A stretch of DNA of 49,177 nt. Source: Candidatus Hodarchaeota archaeon. GTDB lineage: Archaea > Asgardarchaeota > Wukongarchaeia > Wukongarchaeales > Wukongarchaeaceae. Both the position numbers and the translations under genes were made by a program. Position 1 is the stretch's first letter. Each line of letters opens with the position of its first letter. The stretch spans positions 1-49,177 of the forward strand of contig JBHLKN010000002.1 in assembly GCA_048886645.1 (NCBI GenBank), given 5' to 3'. Positions 16,713 through 27,157 of the stretch are shown here, in pieces. A model generated the notes under the pieces. That model saw nothing but the letters and a program-made list of their open reading frames with translations. It was not told the origin of the DNA and did no database searches.

Positions 16713-17816
16713 TTAAAATATTTCGAAGTCGCCTTCTTGCAACAGTTTCGGTATTATACCAAGGATCGGTATTAGCATCCTTATAACCAATACTTTTGCG
16801 TCGCTTGCTGCCATGGTGTGAAATTGGTCTTCAAGATAGTCTATTTTAAGGAATGCTAGGATGAGGTCCATGTTTGCTGCAAGCCATCTTGCATCTGTTT
16901 TCGGTATTTTTGGATCTAAAGAGCTTACTCCTTTTTTTGCAGCTTCAAGCTCCTCATAGAACCTCATAAGCTGCTCTTCTACTTCTTCCCTCAAGTCGCT
17001 CTTTATTATCCAAGTACTTACCAAAAAACTGGCAGTTACCAGGAAAATTAGCACCATGAACGCGAGAAAATCTGCTAACCAAAAGCCCGCGTAATAAAGA
17101 TATGCAACATCTACCAAAGCAAACACGAGTACCAGCGAGGAGGCTTCCATGGCAAATTGTGTAAACGGCCTCCACCGTTTTTCCATGAGGACAACATCGG
17201 CTGGAGCTGAATAGTGGTAACTTCTCAAAAGTTTCCATATAAGAAATACTGTGCCTAACATTAGACAGATCACGTAGCCGAGAATAATCCGTTCAAGGCC
17301 CCATACGAACATGATTAAAATGTCAAGGGAGGTTAACGCGCCAAATCCTTCATCAAGCATTGCGCTGTAATCGTAGTAGATGAATCCTGCTGCTGCTAAA
17401 AATGCTCCAATGTTTGATACATGGCCAAACACCCATCGCGTATGCCGGCTTATCTCCTCAGGCTTAGCTTTGAGAAGACAGATGGTGCTTTCGAAATTAC
17501 GAGTGTATACAACTCCGAACATTCTTAAAATCACGAAATGAACTGCAAGATAGAACGGTTGATATTGCCACTCACGATCATGCAAATAGTCACTACCAGG
17601 ATTAGTATATTCGAATTCTACACCCTCAATAACATCGCTGGAAAGAGCGATAGCATAACCGATTAACCATATACCAAGGCAAAACGAAACAATGAACAGG
17701 ACAAAAGTCTTACTGTGGTCTGGTAAGATTTTTTCGATCCACCAGCTATTTTTAGCTTTTTCCAAAGATTTATGTTTTGGAAAAATTTCCATAAAAACAT
17801 CCGACATTTTTTCCAA
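16713..17816 (-). CDS. Polytopic membrane protein of unknown function with helical cytoplasmic C-terminus
   Basis: ORF track entry. Several long hydrophobic segments are followed by a charged helical region (REEVEEQLMRFYEELEAAKK). Confidence 0.65.
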   Translation of the reverse strand: MEKMSDVFMEIFPKHKSLEKAKNSWWIEKILPDHSKTFVLFIVSFCLGIWLIGYAIALSSDVIEGVEFEYTNPGSDYLHDREWQYQPFYLAVHFVILRMFGVVYTRNFESTICLLKAKPEEISRHTRWVFGHVSNIGAFLAAAGFIYYDYSAMLDEGFGALTSLDILIMFVWGLERIILGYVICLMLGTVFLIWKLLRSYHYSAPADVVLMEKRWRPFTQFAMEASSLVLVFALVDVAYLYYAGFWLADFLAFMVLIFLVTASFLVSTWIIKSDLREEVEEQLMRFYEELEAAKKGVSSLDPKIPKTDARWLAANMDLILAFLKIDYLEDQFHTMAASDAKVLVIRMLIPILGIIPKLLQEGDFEIF

Positions 17817-17986
17817 AAAACCTTCAACCCCTCAAAAAAACGTGCTTATTTTCTTATAACGCTTCGAAAAATATAAATTTCACGTGTAAATTATCCCTCT
17901 GGGTTTCTAATCAAGTATAAAAAGAAAAGGAGAATGATGGATTGAAAACCTTGTTAATTGGCTGAGGAAGTAATATTTTTTGGTTA

Positions 17987-18745
17987 TTATATTTTTGCTG
18001 TCCATCCTCCATCGACTACTAAAGCGTGCCCTGTAACATAATTTGAAGCTTCAGAAGCAAGATAAATCACTGTTCCAACCAAATCTTCTGGAACTCCGTA
18101 TCTCCCTAACGGTACATTCATCTTTATCATTTGAGCAAAACTTTCTTCTTTGAGAAGATCTTCTGTCATTGGTGTAAGAAACGCGCCTGGACAAATAGCA
18201 TTGACTTGGATGTTGTGTTTTCCCCAGTCTGTAGCTAAAGTTTTTGTTAGCAAAATTACTCCTGCTTTACTCGCATTATAGGCGGCAGATTCAGCAGAAG
18301 CAAATTTACCGGCGATACTTGCTATATTAATTATTTTTCCTGATTTTTGCTTTATCATATGCTTACCAACTTCTTGGGCGCATAGAAACTGTCCTTTTAG
18401 ATTAACAGCTAAAACTTTGTCCCAATCTTCTTCTTTCATATCTTCTGTTGGCTCCATTCTAAGGATGCCTGCGTTATTAACCAAAATATCAATCTTGCCA
18501 AATTTTTCTAATGTTTGCTGAACTGCTACTTCAACATCTGATTTTTTGGTTACATCAACCTTTATTCCCAAAGCTTCTCTTCCTAACTTCTTTATCTCTT
18601 CAACAGCTTCTTTTGTGTCTAAAACATCTGTGACAACGACATTTGCTCCTACTTTTACCAATCCTATCGCCATGCCCCTTCCTAGACCTCTACTTGCCCC
18701 GGTAACTATTGCCACTTTTCCTGTTAAATCAAACAGTTCACACAT
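17987..18745 (-). CDS. Short-chain dehydrogenase/reductase (FabG/KduD-like)
   Basis: KVAIVTGASRGLGRGMA (TGxxxGxG), NNAG, YNASKAG (catalytic YxxxK). Confidence 0.9.
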   Translation of the reverse strand: MCELFDLTGKVAIVTGASRGLGRGMAIGLVKVGANVVVTDVLDTKEAVEEIKKLGREALGIKVDVTKKSDVEVAVQQTLEKFGKIDILVNNAGILRMEPTEDMKEEDWDKVLAVNLKGQFLCAQEVGKHMIKQKSGKIINIASIAGKFASAESAAYNASKAGVILLTKTLATDWGKHNIQVNAICPGAFLTPMTEDLLKEESFAQMIKMNVPLGRYGVPEDLVGTVIYLASEASNYVTGHALVVDGGWTAKI

Positions 18746-18932
18746 TTTAATCAGCCTCCCCCCATAATAACTTCAAAGCTTTTTAAGACTTTTTAGTTTT
18801 TTAGGAAAAAACCGTTGATAATTTTAAAAAGTTCTTGGGAAACGGTTCTTTTCGGAATATATAAAGGAGAGTAAAACTGAAAATTCAAAAATGCTACCGA
18901 ATTAAACTAAAGAGTAGGATAGGATTTTACTG

Positions 18933-19842
18933 ATGGTCGACAAAATGCAAAAGAATTCTGAAAAGTATGAAATGTTAGACAAAGAAACAAAAAAGCATGG
19001 TTTAGCTGCACAAAAAGATGAAATAACAGGGGTATCGTTTCTATGATAGGCTTTCTCAGTCAACAAAAGATCCTCATAATAAAAAGGTTCTAAAGGACAT
19101 AGCAGAGCAAGAGTTGAACCATTATCACATTTTGAAAAAATACACTGGAAAAGATGTAAAACCCTCTAAGCTGAAGATATGGTTGTATCTTTTTCTTTCA
19201 AAAATTTTCGGGATTACGTTTGCAATAAAACTCATGGAGCGGGGTGAAGAAGAAGCTCCTATTTCGTACGGCAAGATTTCTAAAGCTATACCTGAGGCCG
19301 AAGCTATTCTAAAAGAGGAAGAAGAACACGAAAAGTTGCTCATCGATATAATAGATGAAGAACGGCTTCGTTACGTTGATTCTATGGTACTAGGCTTAAA
19401 TGATGCCCTTGTAAAGCTTACTGGAATGCTTGCAGGATGAACGTTAGCTCTCCAAGACACGCAGATTATTGCGTTAGTGGGATTAATTACCGGTATTGCA
19501 GCTTCCTTGTCAATGGCTTCCTCGGAATATCTTTCAACAAAGACAGAGGATGGTGATAGAAGTCCCTTAAGGGCATCAGTTTATACAGGCTCTGCTTATG
19601 TTCTTACCGTCTTGTTGCTGATCTTTCCTTTTTTCCTATTTACAAACATCTATTTCGCTCTGGCCTTCACGATTTTTAATGTAATTCTCATAATTTTCAT
19701 CTTCACGTTCTATATCTCCGTCACGAAAGAACTTTCTTTCAAGAAGCGATTTTCTGAGATGGCGTCAATTAGTCTTGGAATAGCAGCTTTATCATTTTGT
19801 ATAGGCTACCTTATACGGATAATATTTAACGTAGATATATAG
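18933..19842 (+). pseudogene. VIT1/CCC1-family iron transporter with N-terminal ferritin-like domain, disrupted by a frameshift and an in-frame TGA
   Basis: Frame 0 reads MVDK...LAAQKDEITG and stops at 19042-19044. The homologous sequence continues in the +1 frame (YRFYDRLSQSTKDPHNKKVLKDIAEQELNHYH...) after the G4 run at 19029-19032. A TGA at 19438-19440 interrupts [49 protein letters not shown], which is the VIT1 signature. Confidence 0.7.
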
Positions 19843-19983
19843 AAATCCGAGAAAGAAAAAAGAAGGTTTAGCATTAGACTATTTTTAGATAAACAAGGTT
19901 TATTAATTATCGTTCTTGTTATCCCCAAAGTTTTATGGGAATTATAAACTCGTGTAAGTCGAATTCTTGCTTTTTGAAAGGGA

Positions 19984-21546
19984 GTGAATAATATGAGTAT
20001 TTTAGTGAGTCTTGGCGAGAAACCTAGAATAGTTTTAGATAACTTTTTCGACCCCATGTATGAGACCAGTCCTGATGGGTTGCCGGTTTTTAAGATGCTT
20101 CTTGGAGGCAAATGGGTTTTCTCAAGTAACGGCGTAACTTTTGATGTTTATAGTCCAATAGACGGCTCTCTTATAGCTAGAGTTGCTAAAGCAACCGTTG
20201 AAGACACTGAAAAAGCTATCGACATAGCATACAAGAATAAAGGCAAGATTAGGACAATACCTGCAATTGACAGGTTAGAGATTTTCGAAAAAGCTCGAGA
20301 ACTCATATTAAAATATGAAAACGACTTCATAAACATAATAGTTACAGAAATGAGTAAAACGTTAAAAGGCGCGGAAAGCGAAGTCAAAGGCATCGCTGAA
20401 AGACTCAAACTAACCATGGAAGAAACAAGAAAAATATATGGTGAATACTTGCCAGGGGACTGGGTAGGCGACACCGTGGGAAAAATAGCATTGGTAATAA
20501 GAGAACCCAAAGGAGTAATAGGCGCAATAGGCACCTTTAACTACCCATTATTCATACCAGGTGCAAAAATAATCCCAGCTTTACTCGCAGGAAACTCTGT
20601 AATAGCAAAACCCTCAAGCGACCCCCCAATAGTACTCCTCATGTTTGGAAGAATATTAGAAGCCGCAGGTATTCCAAAAGGAGCTTTAAGCATAATACCC
20701 GGAAGCGGGAAAGAAGTCGGAGAAACCCTTGTTAAAAGCGAAAAAATCAGCATGATAAGTTTCACAGGAAGCACAAGCGTAGGCAAACAAATATCAACCA
20801 TAGCCGTTCTAAAAGACCTACACCTAGAACTCGGAGGAAAAGCCCCGGCTGTCGTTCTTGATGACGCTGACCTAGATTTAGCGGCTAAAAAATGCGTTGA
20901 AGGCGCTTTAAAACATGCAGGTCAAAGATGCGATGCCATAAGCAGAATACTGGTCCAAGAAAAAGTAGCCGAAACCTTCGTAAAAAAAGTGCTAGAAGAG
21001 GTTGAAAAATGGAAACTAGCTGACCCAAGAGATCCAGAAACAAAAGTTGGACCCCTTATCAACGAAAAAGCCTTGAAAAAAGTCGATGAACTGGTAAAAG
21101 ACGCGATAGACAAAGGCGCAAGCCTCCTAAAAGGCGGAAAATATGAAGGATTATACTACGAACCAACAGTCCTAAACAATGTGCCCCTCGAGGCCAGAAT
21201 AGCTTGGGAAGAAACCTTCGGACCTGTTATAACAATAATTCGTGTAAAAAACCTTGACGAAGCCATAGAAATATCAAATAAATCAGAATACGGACTAGAT
21301 GCTGCAGTCTTCACAAACTCCTTCTATAACGCATGGAAAGCGGCAAAAGCTCTCGAAAATGGGGAAGTTACGATCAATGATGCCCCAACTCACGGTATAG
21401 GCAACTTTCCATTTGGCGGTATCAAGGACTCAGGTCTTGGACGTGAAGGTCTTGGATACAGCATAGACGAAGTTACATCAATAAAAACAATTGTGTTCAA
21501 TCTGGAACCTGCTGGCTTGGGTAAAAAGAGAATAACCCACTTCTAG
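19984..21546 (+). CDS. NAD(P)+-dependent aldehyde dehydrogenase (GAPN/lactaldehyde dehydrogenase-like)
   Basis: FTGSTSVGKQI, LELGGKAP, GQRCDA (catalytic Cys), EETFGPV. GTG at 19984 or ATG at 19993 could be the start. Confidence 0.9.
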   Translation: MNNMSILVSLGEKPRIVLDNFFDPMYETSPDGLPVFKMLLGGKWVFSSNGVTFDVYSPIDGSLIARVAKATVEDTEKAIDIAYKNKGKIRTIPAIDRLEIFEKARELILKYENDFINIIVTEMSKTLKGAESEVKGIAERLKLTMEETRKIYGEYLPGDWVGDTVGKIALVIREPKGVIGAIGTFNYPLFIPGAKIIPALLAGNSVIAKPSSDPPIVLLMFGRILEAAGIPKGALSIIPGSGKEVGETLVKSEKISMISFTGSTSVGKQISTIAVLKDLHLELGGKAPAVVLDDADLDLAAKKCVEGALKHAGQRCDAISRILVQEKVAETFVKKVLEEVEKWKLADPRDPETKVGPLINEKALKKVDELVKDAIDKGASLLKGGKYEGLYYEPTVLNNVPLEARIAWEETFGPVITIIRVKNLDEAIEISNKSEYGLDAAVFTNSFYNAWKAAKALENGEVTINDAPTHGIGNFPFGGIKDSGLGREGLGYSIDEVTSIKTIVFNLEPAGLGKKRITHF

Positions 21547-21803
21547 AAAAACATCTTAAAAACTTGCCTCGTCCCCCCAATATCTTTTTTTTAATACCTA
21601 TATTCGCCGATTTTTTACTATAGAAGTTATCAATTAAGATTTTGCTTTACTATTACTTTTTTTTCTTGCTTTCTTCACACCTTTTTAGAAAAAATAGAAA
21701 TGCTATACCACAGTTGCAATACAGCGGTAAATGAAAAGGTTAATAAGGGTAAGTTTTAAGGCTAAAATGCCAAAACAACTGTTTTTTAGGGGGTAGTAAA
21801 AAA

Positions 21804-22367
21804 TTGGTGAAAGTATTAGTACTTTTTTATAGTAAGACGGGTAACGTAGCTAAACTTGCAGAAGCGGTCGCTGAGGGAGCAAAAAGCGTAGAAGATGTAG
21901 AAGTTTCTTTAAAACAAGTTCCGGGAAGCGAAATATCAGGCATCCCAATTGCAACAAATCAAGATCTAGCTGAAGCGGATGGAATCGCTTTCGGTAGCCC
22001 CACGCGGTATGGAAACATGCACCACAAAATGAAAGAATTTATCGACGGAACTGGCGAATTGTGGGCGAAGGGAGCGTTAGAAAATAAAGTGGCAGGAGTA
22101 TTCACAAGCACAGGTACTCTTCACGGGGGTCAAGAATCGACTATATTAACGATGATGGTTCCTTTATTTCATTTTGGTATGATAATTCTTGGAGTACCAT
22201 ACTCGGAAAAACGGCTGTTTAGTCTGGAAGTAGGCGGAGGCAGTCCTTATGGTCCTTCATCTGTCTCCGGACCGAAAGCAGACAGGGTTCCTACAGAAAA
22301 CGATCTAGGAATAGCTCGAACTTTAGGAAAAAGAATTGCAGAAACAGCTAAAAAATTGCACGGATGA
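21804..22367 (+). CDS. wrbA: NAD(P)H:quinone oxidoreductase, WrbA-type flavodoxin-like protein
   Basis: KVLVLFYSKTGNVAKLAEAVAEGA and GSPTRYGNM (WrbA GTPTRFGNM). TTG/GTG start after TAGGGGGT. Confidence 0.9.
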   Translation: MVKVLVLFYSKTGNVAKLAEAVAEGAKSVEDVEVSLKQVPGSEISGIPIATNQDLAEADGIAFGSPTRYGNMHHKMKEFIDGTGELWAKGALENKVAGVFTSTGTLHGGQESTILTMMVPLFHFGMIILGVPYSEKRLFSLEVGGGSPYGPSSVSGPKADRVPTENDLGIARTLGKRIAETAKKLHG

Positions 22368-22576
22368 GATAATAAAAGTTTGAAACTGACTTAATGGAAA
22401 AATAAGAGAAAGAAATTCTTTGATATCCTGAACTCTTTAATTTCATTCTTCTTTTTTTAATATAATACTAAAATGAAATTAAGCCCATTATACCTCTCTT
22501 ATAGCTTTTTTGTTTACACTCTAAAATTTCGTATTTCCAACTTTTTCCATTTTCATCTCATTTATTATTGATTATC

Positions 22577-23944
22577 TCATCTAATATCTGGAAAATATTC
22601 TTTGTACAAGTTATAGCAGCCTCTTTTTTTCTTCGAACCGGCTAAGAATTTTGCTAAAGAAAGTAATATTTCCTTTTTTTGCGGTATTATACTGTTTTCA
22701 TATTCTTCTATGGAGGCTCTGCAATACTTTAGGTCGTGAATAGCGCTTGTCGTCTGGGTGTTTTTTGAGGTAGCCCATACTAAAGACGATATCAGCTCGT
22801 CATATGAATTATTAAAGTCAAGGTAACTCTTAGTTAGGCTCACAGTTTCTTCAACTTTTGATCCTTCTATTTCTTCTGAAATCCTTTTTACTAGCTTTTG
22901 TTCTGGGACATTTGAAGCTTTTTCTAAGTCTTCATAGCTTACTTTTTTCCTGCTTGACGACACTTGATTTACAAACATAGCTTCTAGGTAAACTACTATG
23001 TGTTTGTCCTTGTTTTCGAAGTTCCTGAGCCAGTAGTTAACAGCATTGCAGTAATTAAAGGAGTGGACGGGTACAATCCAGTCTGAAACGTGTGTTTTGA
23101 ATACGAGGTTTGCAGCGGCAAGGGTTATGGTATCTGCGATGCTTATAACTGATTTCCCTTTTTTTAACAGACGAGTTATTTGTTTGATAGTTGAGGATCT
23201 GTCGTCGTTTAGAATAAAGTCTATTGTTTGATCGATTTCTTCCTTATTTAGGGGCGAAGTTCCACCGCTATTCACTCCATTGTTTTTATCGCTTAATTCT
23301 TGAGTTATTTGGTCGTAGAAAGTGTAATCTTGTTTTCCTGTTGAAATGTATGCTATGCCAGGATAGAATCCTGTTTGAAGGATTTCCCATCCGATGAAGT
23401 CTGCAAGTTCAAAAGTTTTAAGGATGTAGATTGCTTTGTGACCTATTCCTTTGAGATTGGTTAGGGCAGCAAAGAAAATTTTATCCTTTAGAAGGTTTCT
23501 GAAAGGACTGTTCGACTTTAGACCTAGAAAAAGCCCATAACTTTCAGCAGTGTTTCCCTTTTTTATGTTATCCAAGAAACGATCAAGCTGATCCTTGAAG
23601 GATCCTTCTGTTATTGGCTTATACTTTTCAATATCTACTTTAGGATGATTGGAATCAAATGCTAAGTACCAGATAGCTTGGGTTACAGGCAAAAGAGCTT
23701 GATTTGAAGACAGATATTTGGCTAGATTAATCGAGGCGCCTAAGCCTAAAGCCCCGTGATTAACAAATCCTGCGCGGCCTTCGCCATAATAAGGCTTATT
23801 AAGAAAAGGAGCGGCAGCTTCCAGAGCAACTTTGACCAAACTTGACAAAGAAGCTCTATCCTTAACCAGTTGCAAAAATGTTCTAGCAGCGTCAATATGC
23901 TGCCTTTCACTTATCAAACTTGAAAACTCATCAAACATCTTCAA
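22577..23944 (-). CDS. Hypothetical 455-aa soluble helical protein, probably co-transcribed with the upstream flavodoxin
   Basis: ORF track entry. I recognised no motif. His-containing conserved-looking patches occur (VNHGALGLG, GIGHKAIY, VPVHSFNYC, AIHDLKYC). It lies 75 nt downstream of the flavodoxin gene on the same strand. Confidence 0.7.
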   Translation of the reverse strand: MKMFDEFSSLISERQHIDAARTFLQLVKDRASLSSLVKVALEAAAPFLNKPYYGEGRAGFVNHGALGLGASINLAKYLSSNQALLPVTQAIWYLAFDSNHPKVDIEKYKPITEGSFKDQLDRFLDNIKKGNTAESYGLFLGLKSNSPFRNLLKDKIFFAALTNLKGIGHKAIYILKTFELADFIGWEILQTGFYPGIAYISTGKQDYTFYDQITQELSDKNNGVNSGGTSPLNKEEIDQTIDFILNDDRSSTIKQITRLLKKGKSVISIADTITLAAANLVFKTHVSDWIVPVHSFNYCNAVNYWLRNFENKDKHIVVYLEAMFVNQVSSSRKKVSYEDLEKASNVPEQKLVKRISEEIEGSKVEETVSLTKSYLDFNNSYDELISSLVWATSKNTQTTSAIHDLKYCRASIEEYENSIIPQKKEILLSLAKFLAGSKKKRGCYNLYKEYFPDIR

Positions 23945-24019
23945 ACTCCCCTCAGAAAAAACCAGTAAACTCCCTATTTAAAACAAACCATTTTAACAAT
24001 AAAGCAACTATGAATGCAC

Positions 24020-24502
24020 CTAATCCGCTAGTGAAACGGTTCTTTTTAATGCTGCTTGGACTAATTCCCGTCCCAGCTCTCGACATTCCTTTATCTTTTG
24101 TTCTGACGCTTTTCCTTTACTTACAATTCCTTCAGCTACACGTTTGAAGCCACAGTAGAAAAACAAGATCCTTTCTATTGCTATTAGTGCGTCTTTGGCT
24201 TCATTACTTTCTCCATTAGCTACGAAGGCTGCCACGGGTTTTCCGTTGATTTCCTCAATGAAGTTAGCGTTTGCTATGGGCATACGGTCAAACAAATCTT
24301 TTAACATCCCATTCATATAACCATAATAGCATGGAGAGCCAAAGGCAATAGCATCAGCTTGAAGCATGTCGAAGACAGAAGCCCAGTCAACACGTTTGAC
24401 CTCCACTTCAACCCCTTCGACCTTAACCCCTTCAGCTACAGCAATAGCCATAGATTTTGTGTTTCCCGTCCTAGAATAATAGATAATTTCCACTTTCACC
24501 AT
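24020..24502 (-). CDS. Flavodoxin-like FMN protein
   Basis: VEIIYYSRTGNTKSMAIAVAEG (flavodoxin FMN phosphate loop S/T-x-T-G-x-T) and IAFGSPCYYG. Confidence 0.85.
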   Translation of the reverse strand: MVKVEIIYYSRTGNTKSMAIAVAEGVKVEGVEVEVKRVDWASVFDMLQADAIAFGSPCYYGYMNGMLKDLFDRMPIANANFIEEINGKPVAAFVANGESNEAKDALIAIERILFFYCGFKRVAEGIVSKGKASEQKIKECRELGRELVQAALKRTVSLAD

Positions 24503-24657
24503 TCTTTATCCCCTCAATTTTACAAGTGGAGATCTTTTTTTACCCACTTTTTAAAATATTTTAAAGAAAAGATTTATCAACTTTTATCTCTTAATTTTCT
24601 TTTGTTTCAATGTTTTAATATTCAAATTATGTGCTTGTAGAATGTCGGTGAATAGCA

Positions 24658-25236
24658 GTGTATACATATCTTAAAAAGTTCCGTGAAAATCCTGAGATGG
24701 AAGAGTATCGGAATAAACTTTTATGGGAAAGGTTGCAAATTTTTCGGCGCGAACCTGTCATAACAGGGGTTGAAAGGCCTACTCATTTGGATAAGGCTAG
24801 ACGTTTAGGCTATAGGGCGAAGCAAGGCTTTGTTGTTGTTAGAGTGCGAGTTCGCCGTGGCGGTGCTAGGAAGTCGAGACCAAGGGCTGGCCGTAAGAGT
24901 AGAAAGTTGAGCATAAAAGGTGCTCGTGGAAAATCTATTCAGTGGATTGCAGAGGAACGCGTTGCTAGGAAGTATCCTAACTTGGAGGTTTTAAACAGTT
25001 ATCTTGTTGTTCAGGATGGAATATGGAAATGGTTCGAAGTAATACTTGTGGATCCGCATCATTCGGTGATTAAAAGTGATCCTAGTATGAATTGGGTCTG
25101 TGAAAAACCCCATAAAGGACGGGTTTTCCGCGGTCTCACTAGTGCTGGGAAGAAGTCAAGAGGCTTGAAGCGGAAAGGTAAAGGAGCTGAAAAAGCTCGT
25201 CCTTCTATAAGAGCTCATAAAGGGCGAGCAAAATAA
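24658..25236 (+). CDS. rpl15e: Ribosomal protein L15e (eL15)
   Basis: [12 protein letters not shown]...[21 protein letters not shown]...[10 protein letters not shown]-type sequence. GTG start. Confidence 0.95.
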   Translation: MYTYLKKFRENPEMEEYRNKLLWERLQIFRREPVITGVERPTHLDKARRLGYRAKQGFVVVRVRVRRGGARKSRPRAGRKSRKLSIKGARGKSIQWIAEERVARKYPNLEVLNSYLVVQDGIWKWFEVILVDPHHSVIKSDPSMNWVCEKPHKGRVFRGLTSAGKKSRGLKRKGKGAEKARPSIRAHKGRAK

Positions 25237-25256
25237 AAAAAATCAGTATCACAGTG

Positions 25257-26435
25257 TTATTTTTTTAGGGGAGGTATTTCTTCTTCTGGAGGCTTTGAGA
25301 GGTATTTTTTGGTTTTTAGTAGTTGTTCTGATGTACCGAACATGATTACGTGATCTCCTGCATCTAGGATGTTTTCGGGGGGAGGGCTTGGGACTATTTC
25401 CCCACTTTCTTTGTATAATACCAGGCAGTAAGCCCTGCACTGTTTTGTCATCTCCCCAATGCTTTTTCCTGCAGCGTCGCTTCCTTTTTCAATGTTCATT
25501 TCTGCAAGTTCTAATCCAGGCACTACCGTTAGCCGGTTTAGGAAATCAAAATATTGGGGTGCTGTTGCTGCTCTTGCCATCATTCTTCCTCCCACGGCTT
25601 CTGGGGAGATCACTCTGTCAATACCAACTTTTAGGAACTGGTCCAAGTATTCTAGTTTACTTGCCCTCGCTATAAGCCTTATTTCTGGATTTATTTGTTG
25701 AGCTGTTATGGCTATAAAAGCCACTGTTCCCGCATCTTCTTGCGTGATTACTAAGGCTTTAGCTTTTTCTATTTCTGCTTTTATTAATACGTCTTCTTCC
25801 ATAGCAGATCCTTTTATGGCGACGAATCCGTCTTCTTTTGCTTCTTCTATCTTCTCTTCTTCAGCATCTATGACCACAACTGTTTCGCCCAAGGTTTTCA
25901 ATTCCTTTGCTACTACTTCCCCATAACGCCCAAAACCAGCCACTATTACATGGTTTTCAAGGTGTATCTCTTCTTCTTCCAATTTTAATACCTCTGCTAC
26001 GCGTTTTTTTACAGCTATCTGCATCAAGCTTTCTATTATTAAGAAGAAAATAGCGATGCCAAAAATTATTAAGAGTATAACTATGATTTTACCGACAGTA
26101 GATTGAGGGGTTATGTCTCCAAAACCTACAGTTGAAATGGTTGAGACCGTGAAATATAAAGAGTCAAACCACGATCTTTCTTCGACAAAGTGAATACTTA
26201 TAGTACTAAAAGCTATAAGCAATATAAACATGGCGAAAGTTCGAAAAAAACGTGGCTTAACCTTCACTTCTAAACCTAGAAAATGGAGGATTTTACCCGT
26301 TATTTTTCCTAGGAAGTTCCATATGGCTTCACCGTGTTTTCTAAGGGTTTTCTTCTCAGCGCTCATCTTTTTACCCCATGCAAAACAGTATAAAACATGT
26401 TTTTTAGCAATAACTTTGTTTTTCATCATTTTCAT
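25257..26435 (-). CDS. MthK-like K+ channel with RCK (TrkA-N/TrkA-C) domains
   Basis: Selectivity filter TISTVGFGDITP. RCK Rossmann segment HVIVAGFGRYGEVVAKEL. C-terminal TrkA-C-like segment. The start may be internal (MSAEKK). Confidence 0.9.
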   Translation of the reverse strand: MKMMKNKVIAKKHVLYCFAWGKKMSAEKKTLRKHGEAIWNFLGKITGKILHFLGLEVKVKPRFFRTFAMFILLIAFSTISIHFVEERSWFDSLYFTVSTISTVGFGDITPQSTVGKIIVILLIIFGIAIFFLIIESLMQIAVKKRVAEVLKLEEEEIHLENHVIVAGFGRYGEVVAKELKTLGETVVVIDAEEEKIEEAKEDGFVAIKGSAMEEDVLIKAEIEKAKALVITQEDAGTVAFIAITAQQINPEIRLIARASKLEYLDQFLKVGIDRVISPEAVGGRMMARAATAPQYFDFLNRLTVVPGLELAEMNIEKGSDAAGKSIGEMTKQCRAYCLVLYKESGEIVPSPPPENILDAGDHVIMFGTSEQLLKTKKYLSKPPEEEIPPLKK

Positions 26436-26627
26436 AATTAAACATAGAAAGCTTTCTGTGTTTAAATTAGCTTTAAGTTCTTTTTATTTTTCTATATTAT
26501 TATGATGTTTTTTTGTTTTATTGGTTTTTGCTTTACCTTATCAAATAGTTTTTTAGTGGCTTTTTTATAAGCATTTATTAAATTTTTAAATGTGGCCGAA
26601 TCTTTTGTTTGAGCGAGCGTTTAGAAA

Positions 26628-27104
26628 ATGCAAGAAAAATCAAAGTATTATAGTTTGTTTTTCGAAGTTTTCGTCCATGCCACTGAAGATTTAGAGAAGG
26701 TGAGAGAAGCTCTTCTCTTTATTTTGCCTGAAGAGTACAGGGAAAGAGTTTCTATTAAAAACGAATTATTAGTTGGAACTTGGGGTAACAAGATCATTGT
26801 TCTGAAATTGAAAAGTAAAGGCGAAAACCTTGTAAAGGAGACACTTTTTCGCATTTTTTCCAATTTAAGCAAGGTAGAAAGGGAGGATATCCTATCGAGC
26901 CTTTTTAAACAAGTAGACAGAAAAGGTTGTTTTTATTTACGTATAAGCAAGCAAAATGCTTGCTTGCAAAGATTTTCCCTAGATCAAGAGGGAGGAATTA
27001 TACGATGTATTTTTAAATTTAAAACCAGTGTAGGTGAGAAAAAGTCAGAAGCTATAAGATATTTAAAAGAAATGATTTCAACAATTGATATTGAAATGCC
27101 ATAA
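26628..27104 (+). CDS. UPF0201/DUF54 (COG1931) predicted RNA-binding protein of the archaeal exosome/RNase P neighbourhood
   Basis: FEVFVHATEDLEKVREAL resembles the DUF54 N-terminal signature. The gene sits directly upstream of Rpp30 and Pop5, as in the archaeal superoperon. Confidence 0.55.
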   Translation: MQEKSKYYSLFFEVFVHATEDLEKVREALLFILPEEYRERVSIKNELLVGTWGNKIIVLKLKSKGENLVKETLFRIFSNLSKVEREDILSSLFKQVDRKGCFYLRISKQNACLQRFSLDQEGGIIRCIFKFKTSVGEKKSEAIRYLKEMISTIDIEMP

Positions 27105-27157
27105 AATAAGTTTTGATTAATTTTTTGGGCATGTAGTTTATAAGGCGGTCTTTTTTC

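Noticed and set aside
17933-17965. C/D-box-like AATGATGG...22 nt...CTGA
   Set aside because: The C-to-D spacing is about half that of archaeal C/D sRNAs. There are no C'/D' boxes and no terminal complementary stem. The region is the promoter and 5' region of the membrane-protein gene.
22437-22482. 10-bp inverted repeat TTAATTTCAT / ATGAAATTAA between the convergent wrbA and the 455-aa gene
   Set aside because: The stem is made only of A and T, in an AT-rich spacer, and is thermodynamically weak. At most it is a bidirectional terminator aid, and I could not distinguish it from chance.
26445-26468. Near-palindrome AAACATAGAAAGCTTTCTGTGTTT just upstream of the K+ channel start
   Set aside because: It has one mismatch, occurs only once, and is low-complexity AT-rich. 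It could be an operator, but I have no supporting repeat or conservation.
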